A stretch of 32,000 nucleotides of DNA from Candidatus Electrothrix yaqonensis (GTDB lineage: Bacteria; Desulfobacterota; Desulfobulbia; Desulfobulbales; Desulfobulbaceae), in contig CP178758.1 of NCBI GenBank assembly GCA_047651235.1, forward strand, positions 120,001-152,000, in the 5' to 3' direction. Positions 1 to 7,312 of this stretch are shown here, piece by piece. Each line of letters opens with the position of its first letter. Position 1 is the first letter of the stretch. The notes below the pieces were generated by a model. The model saw only the letters and a program-made list of their open reading frames with translations. It was not told the DNA's origin and did not search any database. The translations under genes and the position numbers were made by a program.

Positions 1-384
1 CTGGAACATGACTTGGAGACAGATTGCCGCCATCTTGCCTGCCGGAATCGCGGAACGGCTGAGCGGCGCAGCCAGCATCCGGTTGAGAAAGCCGATGCGC
101 CGGTCCCAGACCAGAGAAAAGCCGGAAAAGCTGCCGCTGAACAGAGCGGTCATGATGATGATGCCCGGGGTCATGAAGTCAAGGTAGCGGTCCACGCCGA
201 GCATGGCCGCACCGTGGGGATTGCGGGTCATTCCGGACATCACGTTGCCCATGAACACCAGCCAGATCAGGGGCTGGACCAGGGCCATGGTGATCCTGGA
301 CTTCTGGGAAAAGAAGCGCAGCATGTCCCGGCGGCAGATAAAGTAGAGGTCGTGCAGCCAGGTTCTGACGGTGTCAGCGGTCAT
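1..384 (-). CDS. ABC-2 type transporter permease; N-terminal part only, the gene continues past the window start
   Basis: Not in the ORF track because it has no in-window stop. The reverse complement from ATG at 384 reads MTADTVRTWLHDLYFICRRDMLRFFSQKSRITMALVQPLIWLVFMGNVMSG...AAPLSRSAIPAGKMAA. An AAGGAG-like RBS sits upstream. It starts 16 nt after the ATPase stop, which is the usual ABC-2 ATPase/permease arrangement. Confidence 0.7.
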   Translation of the reverse strand, partial: MTADTVRTWLHDLYFICRRDMLRFFSQKSRITMALVQPLIWLVFMGNVMSGMTRNPHGAAMLGVDRYLDFMTPGIIIMTALFSGSFSGFSLVWDRRIGFLNRMLAAPLSRSAIPAGKMAAICLQVMFQ

Positions 385-400
385 TCTCCTTGCTCCCTGC

Positions 401-1414
401 TTATTTCCGCAGCATAGGATGCTGCCTTTCCGGTTTTTTCCCGTTCCCGCTGCTGTCCCGCAGATGCTTCCCGGTATGGGAAAGATAGACATCATCCAGG
501 GAGGGCGTTTTCAGGGCAACCGACCTGACCGCAATGCCCAAACTCTGGACGCAGCCGAACATTTCCGGCACAGCATTCCCGCTGTTGCTGACCGCCGCCA
601 CGCAGGTGTCCTCACTGACGCTGACATGCCGGACAATGGGCAGGGCGGCAATACACTCCCTGAGCTGCGTCATCTGCTCCGCCCCGATCCGGTCATACTG
701 CATGGTCACAATCTCGCCGCCTAGCTCCTGCTTGAGTGCTTCCGGCGTATCCAGCGCTTTGATACGGCCGTTGTCGATAATCGCGATCCGGTCGCAGAGC
801 GAGTCAGCCTCCTCCATGTAATGAGTGCTCAGAAACAGGGTCATCTGTTCGGTTTCCCGCAGCGTACGCACGTACTGCCAGATCTGCTGTCTGGTCTGAA
901 TGTCCAGCCCCAGGGTCGGTTCATCCAGCAACAGAACCTGGGGCCGGTGGAGCAGAGCGCAGGCAATGTCCAGCCGTTTGCGCATGCCGCCGGAATAAGT
1001 CTCCACCGGATCATCGGCCCGTTCAGTCAGGCCGACCAGCTCCAGCAGCTCGGTCTTTCTGCGGCGGAATTCCTTTTTCGGGATGTGATAGAAGCCGGAC
1101 TGCAGGTAGAGGTTCTCGGTGCCGCTGAGATAATCATCCGCAGACAGCTCCTGCGGGATATAACCGAGGCTCTGGCGCACCGCGTCCGGTTCCTGCCGCA
1201 CCTCATGTCCCGCTACTGCGGCCCGGCCCGAGGTCGGCCGGAGCAGGGTGGTCAGCATCATGATGGTGGTGGACTTGCCTGCTCCGTTCGGCCCCAGAAA
1301 CCCGAAGATCTCGCCCCGGGCTACGGAAAAGGAGATCCCATCCACCGCCCTGATGCCGCCCCGGAAGACCTTGCTCAGGTTATCGACTTCTATAGCCGGA
1401 TTGCTGCTGCTCAT
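401..1414 (-). CDS. ABC transporter ATP-binding protein (DrrA/ABC-2 subfamily-like)
   Basis: Walker A GPNGAGKST, signature YSGGMRKRL, Walker B VLLLDEPTLGLD, and an H-loop region STHYMEEA. Confidence 0.95.
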   Translation of the reverse strand: MSSSNPAIEVDNLSKVFRGGIRAVDGISFSVARGEIFGFLGPNGAGKSTTIMMLTTLLRPTSGRAAVAGHEVRQEPDAVRQSLGYIPQELSADDYLSGTENLYLQSGFYHIPKKEFRRRKTELLELVGLTERADDPVETYSGGMRKRLDIACALLHRPQVLLLDEPTLGLDIQTRQQIWQYVRTLRETEQMTLFLSTHYMEEADSLCDRIAIIDNGRIKALDTPEALKQELGGEIVTMQYDRIGAEQMTQLRECIAALPIVRHVSVSEDTCVAAVSNSGNAVPEMFGCVQSLGIAVRSVALKTPSLDDVYLSHTGKHLRDSSGNGKKPERQHPMLRK

Positions 1415-1604
1415 CTGTTCCCCTCTGCTCTGTGCGCCTGCCGTGCATTGTTGGGGGCGGGCCTCTGATTCTCCAGGTACAGTCGATTATAAACAAGGCG
1501 CTGCGGAATGTCTATCTTCCTGAGCTTTTCCGTGGTGGAGACTGTCCTGTTCGGGTATACTTGGGAGCATTACTGATTAAATTCAAGCCAATGGAGGGAA
1601 GGGT

Positions 1605-1964
1605 ATGGACTTTGTCACTTCCGCGATTGCGTCTGCGGTAGGCAGCCTGGGGCTGGAGGGCGTAAAGCATGGATACACCAGGTTAAAGGAGCTGTTACAG
1701 GGTAAGTTCGGCGAACAGAGCGCGCTGGCTGATGCAGTGGAGCAGTTGGAGAAGAACCCGGACTCTGCTGGGCGGAAGGCCGTGGTGGCAGAGGAGCTGG
1801 CAAAGGTCGGGGCGGATAAGGATGAGGAGGTGCTGGCTGCGGCCAGGCAGTTGCAGGACAAGCTCGACGGAGGGCAGCCGCAGGTGGATGCCCGAAAAGC
1901 CAAGATAGGGGTGATAGGGGATCATGCCAAGGTGAAAGGCGGCATTCATTTCGACGGGAAATAA
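1605..1964 (+). CDS. Small helical protein with a hydrophobic N-terminal helix and a C-terminal NLR-matching motif (Bell/HeLo-like candidate effector)
   Basis: Strong RBS (GGAGGGAAGGG) directly upstream of the ATG. N-terminus is MDFVTSAIASAVGSLGLEGV. The body is Ala/Glu/Lys-rich and looks helical. The C-terminus KIGVIGDHAKVKGGIHFDGK matches the start of the next gene. Confidence 0.7.
   Translation: MDFVTSAIASAVGSLGLEGVKHGYTRLKELLQGKFGEQSALADAVEQLEKNPDSAGRKAVVAEELAKVGADKDEEVLAAARQLQDKLDGGQPQVDARKAKIGVIGDHAKVKGGIHFDGK
1905..1952 (+). other. C-terminal copy of the shared 16-aa motif IGVIGDHAKVKGGIHF
   Basis: Direct comparison with 2037-2084 gives 13/16 identical residues and 6 synonymous codon differences. 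Confidence 0.85.
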
Positions 1965-1986
1965 CCGACAGAGGATAATGTAGGGT

Positions 1987-2000
1987 CACGGCGCGCCGTG
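1987..2000. promoter_or_regulatory. Perfect 14-nt GC-rich palindrome CACGGCGCGCCGTG in the 60-nt gap between the effector-like gene and the NLR gene
   Basis: Read directly. Flanking GGG(T)...(C)CCC can extend the stem. Its function (attenuator hairpin or operator) is unknown. Confidence 0.3.
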
Positions 2001-2024
2001 CCCCTACGGTATGGTGATTTACAA

Positions 2025-3965
2025 ATGAGCGATCAGATTGGAATCATTGGCGACAAGGCCAAGGTGGAAGGCGGTATTCATTTCCATAGTCACTCTGCCC
2101 CGGCCAAACTTCCCCATCTTCTTCCTCCGCAAGACACTGTTTTCCTGTACCGGGAGGACGAACTGGCTTGGCTGGATCAGCACCTGCACCCTGACAAGGT
2201 GGTTGCTGTGTGCGGACCCGGCGGCATGGGCAAGACCTCTCTGGCTGCCCGCGCCGTGCGTAGCCTGCCTCCTGACCGCTTCCCGGACGGCATTATCTTT
2301 CACACCTTTTACCATCAGGCCGAGACCACCAAGGCCCTCCAGACCATTGCCCATGCCCTGGGCCTCAAGGCTGAGGCCGATCTGGAGCAGCAGGTAGCTG
2401 CGGCCCTGGGCAGCAGGCAGGCCCTGCTGATTCTGGACGGGGCTGAGGAGGCGGAAGACCTCCAGGCGGTGCTGCCTCTGCGGGGGCGATGCGGGGTGTT
2501 GATCACCACCCGGAAGAAGAGCGATTGCGGGCCGCTGCGCCTGGACCTGCAAGCCCTGCCGGATGAGCAGTCTGAGGATGTGCTGCGGGCCTGGGGCGGG
2601 GAGGCCGGGGATCAGGACGCCATAGAGGAGATTGCCGAGCTGCTGGGTGGCTGGCCCGTGGCCCTGCGTCTGGCCGGGCATTATCTGCACAGCACCGGAG
2701 AGCCTGCAACAGACTACCTGCGCTGGTTGGAGGAGGAGCCGTTCAAGGAGCTGGGGGAGAGTGAGGAGCACCAGCGGGATAATGCGGCCCTACTGCTCAG
2801 GCGGAGCACGGCCCAGGTGGGAGAGGATGCCCGCCTTGTGCTGGGACTGGCAGGGTGTCTGGCCTTTGACCTGCTGTCTGCTGCGCCCATGACTGCCCTG
2901 CTGGAGGACGATACCCGCCGCTGCCGCAAGGCTGTGAACGAGCTGGTCAATTACGGCCTGCTGGAACGCCGGGGCGACCGCCTGCACATAGGTCATGCCT
3001 TGATCCATGAGTACGCAGCCCGGAACCTGCCCCTGAGCACAGAGGCTCTGGAGCGGGTGGCTGCTTATTATATTGATTGGTGCAAGGAACAGAGTGCTGC
3101 CGGTGTGCCGGGTTATGCCCGTATGGATGATGAACGGGCGCATTGCCTGCGGTTGATAAAGAGCTGTTTGGACAGGGAGCTGTGGGAGGCGGTGAAAGGG
3201 TTGGTCTGGGCAATCGACATCTACTTAGACCGACAGGGCTGGTGGACAGAGGAACTGGCTGCCTGGGAGATGGGGCTGACTGCGGCCCGGCAGGCTGGCG
3301 ACCGCAAGGGTGAACGCTGGTGCCTGACCAACCTAGGGTACACCAGTCGACAACGCGGAGACGATGATAAGGGCTTGGACTACTATCAGCAGAGTCTGAC
3401 TATAGCCCGTGAGCTGGGAGATAGAGAGGCTGAAGGAGAACTTTTGAACAACATGGGTGTAATCTTTCGGCAACAGGGCAAGTATGAGCTGGCCTGGGAG
3501 CAGTATCATCAAAGCCTCAGTATCAAGCGGAAGATCGGTGACCGTGAGGGGGAAGGAGTGACCCTGAATAATATCGGTGAGTTTTACCGAAACCAAGGCG
3601 AGTATGAACAAGCCCTGCAGTATTATAAGCAATGCTTACCTATCAGAAGGGAAACTGGAAGCAGTAGAGGAGAAAGTATAACTCTGACTAACATTGCCGC
3701 GATATACCGTGCACAAGGTAATCCTATCAAGGCATTGGAGTATCACGAACAAGCCTTGGCAATACGGCAGGAGCTTGGTGATAGGGCCAGAGAATCGCAG
3801 AGCCTCTATAACATCGGCCGCACCTATGAAGATATGGGCGACCTTACCCAAGCCGAGGAATACATTGCCCTGGCCGTGGAGATTGCAGAGGCTATGGGGC
3901 ATCCTTCCTTAGAGAAATACCGCAACTACCTGGAGCAGCTGCGGGCCAAGCGGCAGGCAGGGTAG
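2025..3965 (+). CDS. STAND NTPase of NB-ARC type with C-terminal TPR array (bacterial NLR-like protein)
   Basis: Walker A GPGGMGKTSLA, Walker B ALLILDGAEE, and a GxP-type motif LGGWPVALRLAG. About five 40-aa TPR units follow (LNNMGVIFRQQGKYELAWEQY..., LNNIGEFYRNQGEYEQALQYY...). I prefer the ATG at 2025 (MSDQIGIIGD...) over the track's GTG at 1998, which lies inside the palindrome. Confidence 0.9.
   Translation: MSDQIGIIGDKAKVEGGIHFHSHSAPAKLPHLLPPQDTVFLYREDELAWLDQHLHPDKVVAVCGPGGMGKTSLAARAVRSLPPDRFPDGIIFHTFYHQAETTKALQTIAHALGLKAEADLEQQVAAALGSRQALLILDGAEEAEDLQAVLPLRGRCGVLITTRKKSDCGPLRLDLQALPDEQSEDVLRAWGGEAGDQDAIEEIAELLGGWPVALRLAGHYLHSTGEPATDYLRWLEEEPFKELGESEEHQRDNAALLLRRSTAQVGEDARLVLGLAGCLAFDLLSAAPMTALLEDDTRRCRKAVNELVNYGLLERRGDRLHIGHALIHEYAARNLPLSTEALERVAAYYIDWCKEQSAAGVPGYARMDDERAHCLRLIKSCLDRELWEAVKGLVWAIDIYLDRQGWWTEELAAWEMGLTAARQAGDRKGERWCLTNLGYTSRQRGDDDKGLDYYQQSLTIARELGDREAEGELLNNMGVIFRQQGKYELAWEQYHQSLSIKRKIGDREGEGVTLNNIGEFYRNQGEYEQALQYYKQCLPIRRETGSSRGESITLTNIAAIYRAQGNPIKALEYHEQALAIRQELGDRARESQSLYNIGRTYEDMGDLTQAEEYIALAVEIAEAMGHPSLEKYRNYLEQLRAKRQAG
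2037..2084 (+). other. N-terminal copy of the shared 16-aa motif IGIIGDKAKVEGGIHF
   Basis: See 1905-1952. Confidence 0.85.
3310..3920 (+). repeat. Tandem TPR-coding repeats (about 120-nt period) inside the NLR gene
   Basis: A recurring pattern G(D/S)R.(G/A)E...L.N(I/M)G..Y..QG.Y..A(L/W).(Y/Q)(Y/H).Q(S/C/A)L.I appears about five times. Boundaries are approximate. Confidence 0.7.
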
Positions 3966-5152
3966 GGGGGTATGCAGCTCCTCATGGATGACCGCCTTAT
4001 CGCGGGGCGCAGCTTAACCGGACTGCGCAATGTTATCAGGGCAATCTCACTGCGCTGCCAGAGGCGCATTCGCGGCCCCCAAGTTCCGGTGCCCCGGCAG
4101 ACAAACAGGCTCATGCCCTTAACCAGATACTGACCGCTGAGAAAAGGATAGCGGCTGCGGACCAGATAACTGAACGGCCAGATCTGGCCGTTATGCGTAT
4201 GGCCGGAGAGCATGAGGCCGACGCCGTCAGCAGCGGCCTGTTCAACCAGCCAGGGCGTATGGGAAAGCAGAATGGTCGCTCCGGCAGGCCGATCAGTCAG
4301 GGCGCGGGTGAGGTCGGCTTTTCCCTGTCCGCTCCGGCGGCGGGATGAGGTCAGATCATCAATCCCGGCCAGCACCAGCCCGGGGGCAAGCTCTGTCCAT
4401 TCATTACTCAGCAGGCGGATGCCGGAAGCAGCCAGGATGCTTCCGGCGCGATCAGGGCGGCCGGGCCGAAAGCGGTCATGATTGCCCCGCACCGCGAACA
4501 CGCCCAGCGGAGCGGAGAGCTGCTGCAGGACCGGAGCCAGTGCCGCCGCATCGCTGCCCCGCTCAAACAGGTCGCCGACCAGAACGATGCAGTCCGGCTG
4601 CAGATTCTGTACCTGTCGGACGCGGGCCTTGAGCCAGTCCGCATTGATGAACATCTTACCGAGATGGAGGTCCGAAAGCACTACCACTGTGGTTCCGTCC
4701 AGATTCGCAGGCAGCCCGCTGACCGTGGTTGCATACTGCTCAACAACCGGTGGCTGCAGGCCCTGCACATGGGCGATCAGCACCAGGCCGATACCGCAGG
4801 CCAGGGTAGCTGAGCGGATGCGGAGCACAACCGCTTTAGGTAGAAGCAGCCCGAAACCTGTGAGCAGGTCGGCAGCGAATAAGGTCATTGCAAGCAGGAA
4901 CAGGCTGCCCATCCACTGTATTCCCGCAACTCCCGCAACTCCCGCAACTTCGAGCAGCTCTGTCAACAGACTGCCCTTCTGTCTACGAAACATCCGGCCC
5001 AGCACAAAGACCAGCCAGAGCAGCACGCCGATCCCCCATAACATCCTGCGCCTGATCCGGCTGCGGCACAGGGGCAGAGAAGCCAGCCGGACAAAAACAT
5101 ACAGGTGCATCACGGTCGTCAGAAAAGTCAGGACTGTACCGAAAAATGACAT
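3926..5152 (-). CDS. Membrane-anchored calcineurin-like metallophosphoesterase (YaeI-like)
   Basis: Several N-terminal hydrophobic helices, then the phosphoesterase motifs DLHLG, GDLFERG, GNHD and GHTH. Its 3-prime end overlaps the convergent NLR gene by 40 nt. Confidence 0.85.
   Translation of the reverse strand: MSFFGTVLTFLTTVMHLYVFVRLASLPLCRSRIRRRMLWGIGVLLWLVFVLGRMFRRQKGSLLTELLEVAGVAGVAGIQWMGSLFLLAMTLFAADLLTGFGLLLPKAVVLRIRSATLACGIGLVLIAHVQGLQPPVVEQYATTVSGLPANLDGTTVVVLSDLHLGKMFINADWLKARVRQVQNLQPDCIVLVGDLFERGSDAAALAPVLQQLSAPLGVFAVRGNHDRFRPGRPDRAGSILAASGIRLLSNEWTELAPGLVLAGIDDLTSSRRRSGQGKADLTRALTDRPAGATILLSHTPWLVEQAAADGVGLMLSGHTHNGQIWPFSYLVRSRYPFLSGQYLVKGMSLFVCRGTGTWGPRMRLWQRSEIALITLRSPVKLRPAIRRSSMRSCIPPYPACRLARSCSR
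4923..4949. repeat. Perfect 9-bp tandem repeat (cccgcaact x3), in frame within the phosphoesterase gene
   Basis: Read directly. It encodes VAGVAGVAG on the minus strand. Confidence 0.9.
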
Positions 5153-5564
5153 GGTAGCTCGTATTTGTTTTAATTATTTCAGGCTGTGCAGTGCATTTTC
5201 GCTCTGCGGAAGGGAGGGTCAAACTGTCAGGCTCATGAAATTTCGTGCCACATCCCTGCGGAAAAAGCAACAGGAAACACCGTTGCAGGATAAACCGTTG
5301 CTGTTCTTTATGTTGAATTTTTTGTACCGACTGGCTCTGCGGAGCAGCGGGAGAACATTCCCTGATGGCGTCAAAAAAATATTTTTCAGGCAGCCTGCAA
5401 AAAAGTACGGCTTATCTTGGCTGCGGAACAGGATATTATATTTTATTGAAGAAAAATGAAGACATTCTTACAAACATGAGTTTTTTTTCTGCTTGACAAT
5501 TGCCCGATTATGCTCTTCATTGTGCAATGAACAAAAAGACAAACAGGTCTAACTGAAAAGGTTA

Positions 5565-6068
5565 TTGACAGAGGAGCACCCAGGCCGCCCTGTCAGAAAT
5601 TCTGAATACGTAAAGCGTGTAAGTGAATCTGTGGAAGCAACCGGATACGAAAAGGATTTTTATTCATGGGCGATGCAGAATGCTGCTTTGCTCCGCGAAC
5701 GGAGGCTGCAGGAAATTGATACGGAGAATATAGCAGAAGAGCTTGAGGCGATGGGTAAAAAAGAAAGGAGAGAACTCATCAGCCGTCTGAGCGTCCTGAT
5801 TGCCCATCTGCTGAAATGGCCGTATCAGGCTGTAAGAAGATCGAGAAGCTGGAAAAATACTGTCTCAACGCAGCGTATCGATATCAACGAACTCTTTGAA
5901 GACAGTCCGAGCCTTCGGCATGGCCTCGGAGAGACAATAAAAAAGGCGTATAAAAAAGCGGTGCTGAAGGCGGAGGATGAAACCGGTATCGCCAAGGAGC
6001 AGTTTCCCGGAAATTGTCCGTTTTCAGCTGAAGAAATACTCAATGAAGATTTTTTCCCGCAGGAATAG
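5565..6068 (+). CDS. DUF29 family protein
   Basis: YEKDFYSWAMQNAALLRERRLQEIDTENIAEELEAMGKKERRELISRLSVLIAHLLKW matches the DUF29 pattern as I remember it. The start is uncertain: TTG at 5565 in the track, or possibly GTG at 5631. Confidence 0.7.
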   Translation: MTEEHPGRPVRNSEYVKRVSESVEATGYEKDFYSWAMQNAALLRERRLQEIDTENIAEELEAMGKKERRELISRLSVLIAHLLKWPYQAVRRSRSWKNTVSTQRIDINELFEDSPSLRHGLGETIKKAYKKAVLKAEDETGIAKEQFPGNCPFSAEEILNEDFFPQE

Positions 6069-6130
6069 CAGGGGGCAGGGGAGAAAAAAGGAGCCTTTTC
6101 TCCTGACGGTAACCTATCTAACGTATCGAC

Positions 6131-7297
6131 ATGCAATCACTTGAAAAGTACAGAGCGGACAACGCCCTCCCGGAAGGATTCAGGCTGCCCCTTTCAGAGG
6201 AAAAGGATGCCGAAGATTTTTTTGTCAATATCGGGCCGCAGCATCCCAGCACCCACGGCGTGCTGCGGGTGGTTGTCCGGCTGAACGGCGAGACCATTGT
6301 GGAGGCGGTGCCGCATCTCGGTTATATTCATCGCGGCATTGAAAAAATGGCCGAGAACCAGACCTATATCCAGAATATCCACCTGACGGACCGGCTTGAC
6401 TATGTCTCTGCCTTTTTCAACAACCTCTGTTTCTGCCTGGTTGTGGAACAGGCTCTGGATATCGGCGTGCCTGAGCGCGGCGAGTACATCCGGGTGATGA
6501 TCTGCGAGCTGCAGCGGCTGCAGTCGCATCTGCTCTGGTGGGGCGTCATGGGCATGGATCTGGGCGGTTTTACCCCGTTTCTCTACGGCTTCCGGGAACG
6601 GGAGATGATTACGGATATTTTTGAAGAACTCTGCGGCGCCCGCCTGACCATGAATTTCTTCCGGCCCGGCGGTTCTTCCTTTGACGCTCCGGACACCTTT
6701 ATTCCTAGGGTGAAAAACGTGATCAAGGTGATGTACAAAGCTCTTGATGAATATAACACCCTGCTCAGCGGCAATATTATTTTTCAGGAACGGACACGGG
6801 GGGTCGGCGTTCTTTCTCCTGAAACCGCGCTCTCCTACGGCTGCAGCGGCGCCGTGCTGCGCTCCACCGGTGTTTCCTATGACGTGCGCAGAAACGATCC
6901 CTATTCAATTTACGACCAGTTTGACTTTGATATTCCGACCGGCACCAGGGGCGACAGTCTGGCCCGTTATCAGGTGAAAATGGAGGAAATGGCGCAGTCG
7001 CTGCGCATTCTGGAGCAGGCTGTTGAACGATTTTCCGACGGACCGTACCGCAGTCAGCCCAAGGCGACCTATAAATTACCCAAGGGAAGTTATTACAGTC
7101 AGGTGGAAACGCCGAGAGGCCTGCTGGGTACCTACATCGTTTCAGATGGCGGCCCTAAACCGTATCGGGTCAAATTCCGGTCACCGAATTTTTCCAACCT
7201 CAGTGTGCTGAATGAAGCTGCAGCAGGGCATAAAATTGCCGATCTGATCAGCATTATGTCAAGCATGGATTTTGTTATCCCGGATATGGACAAGTAG
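6131..7297 (+). CDS. nuoD: NADH-quinone oxidoreductase subunit D
   Basis: NIGPQHPSTHGVLR, the LGYIHRGIEK motif, and a C-terminus ending DFVIPDMDK. Typical length and operon context. Confidence 0.95.
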   Translation: MQSLEKYRADNALPEGFRLPLSEEKDAEDFFVNIGPQHPSTHGVLRVVVRLNGETIVEAVPHLGYIHRGIEKMAENQTYIQNIHLTDRLDYVSAFFNNLCFCLVVEQALDIGVPERGEYIRVMICELQRLQSHLLWWGVMGMDLGGFTPFLYGFREREMITDIFEELCGARLTMNFFRPGGSSFDAPDTFIPRVKNVIKVMYKALDEYNTLLSGNIIFQERTRGVGVLSPETALSYGCSGAVLRSTGVSYDVRRNDPYSIYDQFDFDIPTGTRGDSLARYQVKMEEMAQSLRILEQAVERFSDGPYRSQPKATYKLPKGSYYSQVETPRGLLGTYIVSDGGPKPYRVKFRSPNFSNLSVLNEAAAGHKIADLISIMSSMDFVIPDMDK

Positions 7298-7312
7298 CCG
7301 GAGAAAGAGAAA

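Noticed and set aside
13-417. 134-aa + strand ORF at the window start
   Set aside because: It lies antisense to a much better minus-strand reading: an ABC-2 permease with an RBS, coupled to the ATPase gene. Its His/Gly/Asp-rich product looks like antisense translation.
869-874. AGATCT sites (also near 1306 and 31963) as a test of BglII-like specificity for the second R-M system
   Set aside because: The presence of a few sites says nothing either way, because host sites would be methylated. Specificity cannot be inferred from this window.
371-1523. + strand ORFs 371-724, 534-821, 821-1468 and 1248-1523
   Set aside because: All lie antisense to the ABC ATPase gene, which has unambiguous Walker A, signature and Walker B motifs.
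1583-1989. Three minus-strand ORFs overlapping the small effector-like gene
   Set aside because: Their Ala/Pro/Ser-rich low-complexity products are typical of antisense frames in GC-rich coding DNA. The + frame has a strong RBS and the motif shared with the next gene.
1998-2024. GTG start (track) for the NLR gene
   Set aside because: The GTG lies inside the GC palindrome. The ATG at 2025 places the conserved motif 4 residues from the N-terminus, as expected for this architecture. This remains uncertain.
4482-5459. 325-aa + strand ORF
   Set aside because: Most of it is antisense to the metallophosphoesterase gene and encodes an Arg/Ser/Thr-rich product. The tail in the spacer (5236-5459) has no convincing RBS or family.
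5493-5521. TTGACA-n17-TTCATT, a possible sigma70-like promoter upstream of DUF29/nuoD
   Set aside because: The -35 box is perfect but the -10 is poor. The host's promoter consensus is also unknown, so this is speculative.
6080-6103. Hairpin GGAGAAAA-n8-TTTTCTCC after the DUF29 gene, considered as an intrinsic terminator
   Set aside because: An 8-bp A/T-rich stem with no downstream T-tract. It may simply be spacer structure before nuoD, and I do not have enough to call it a terminator.
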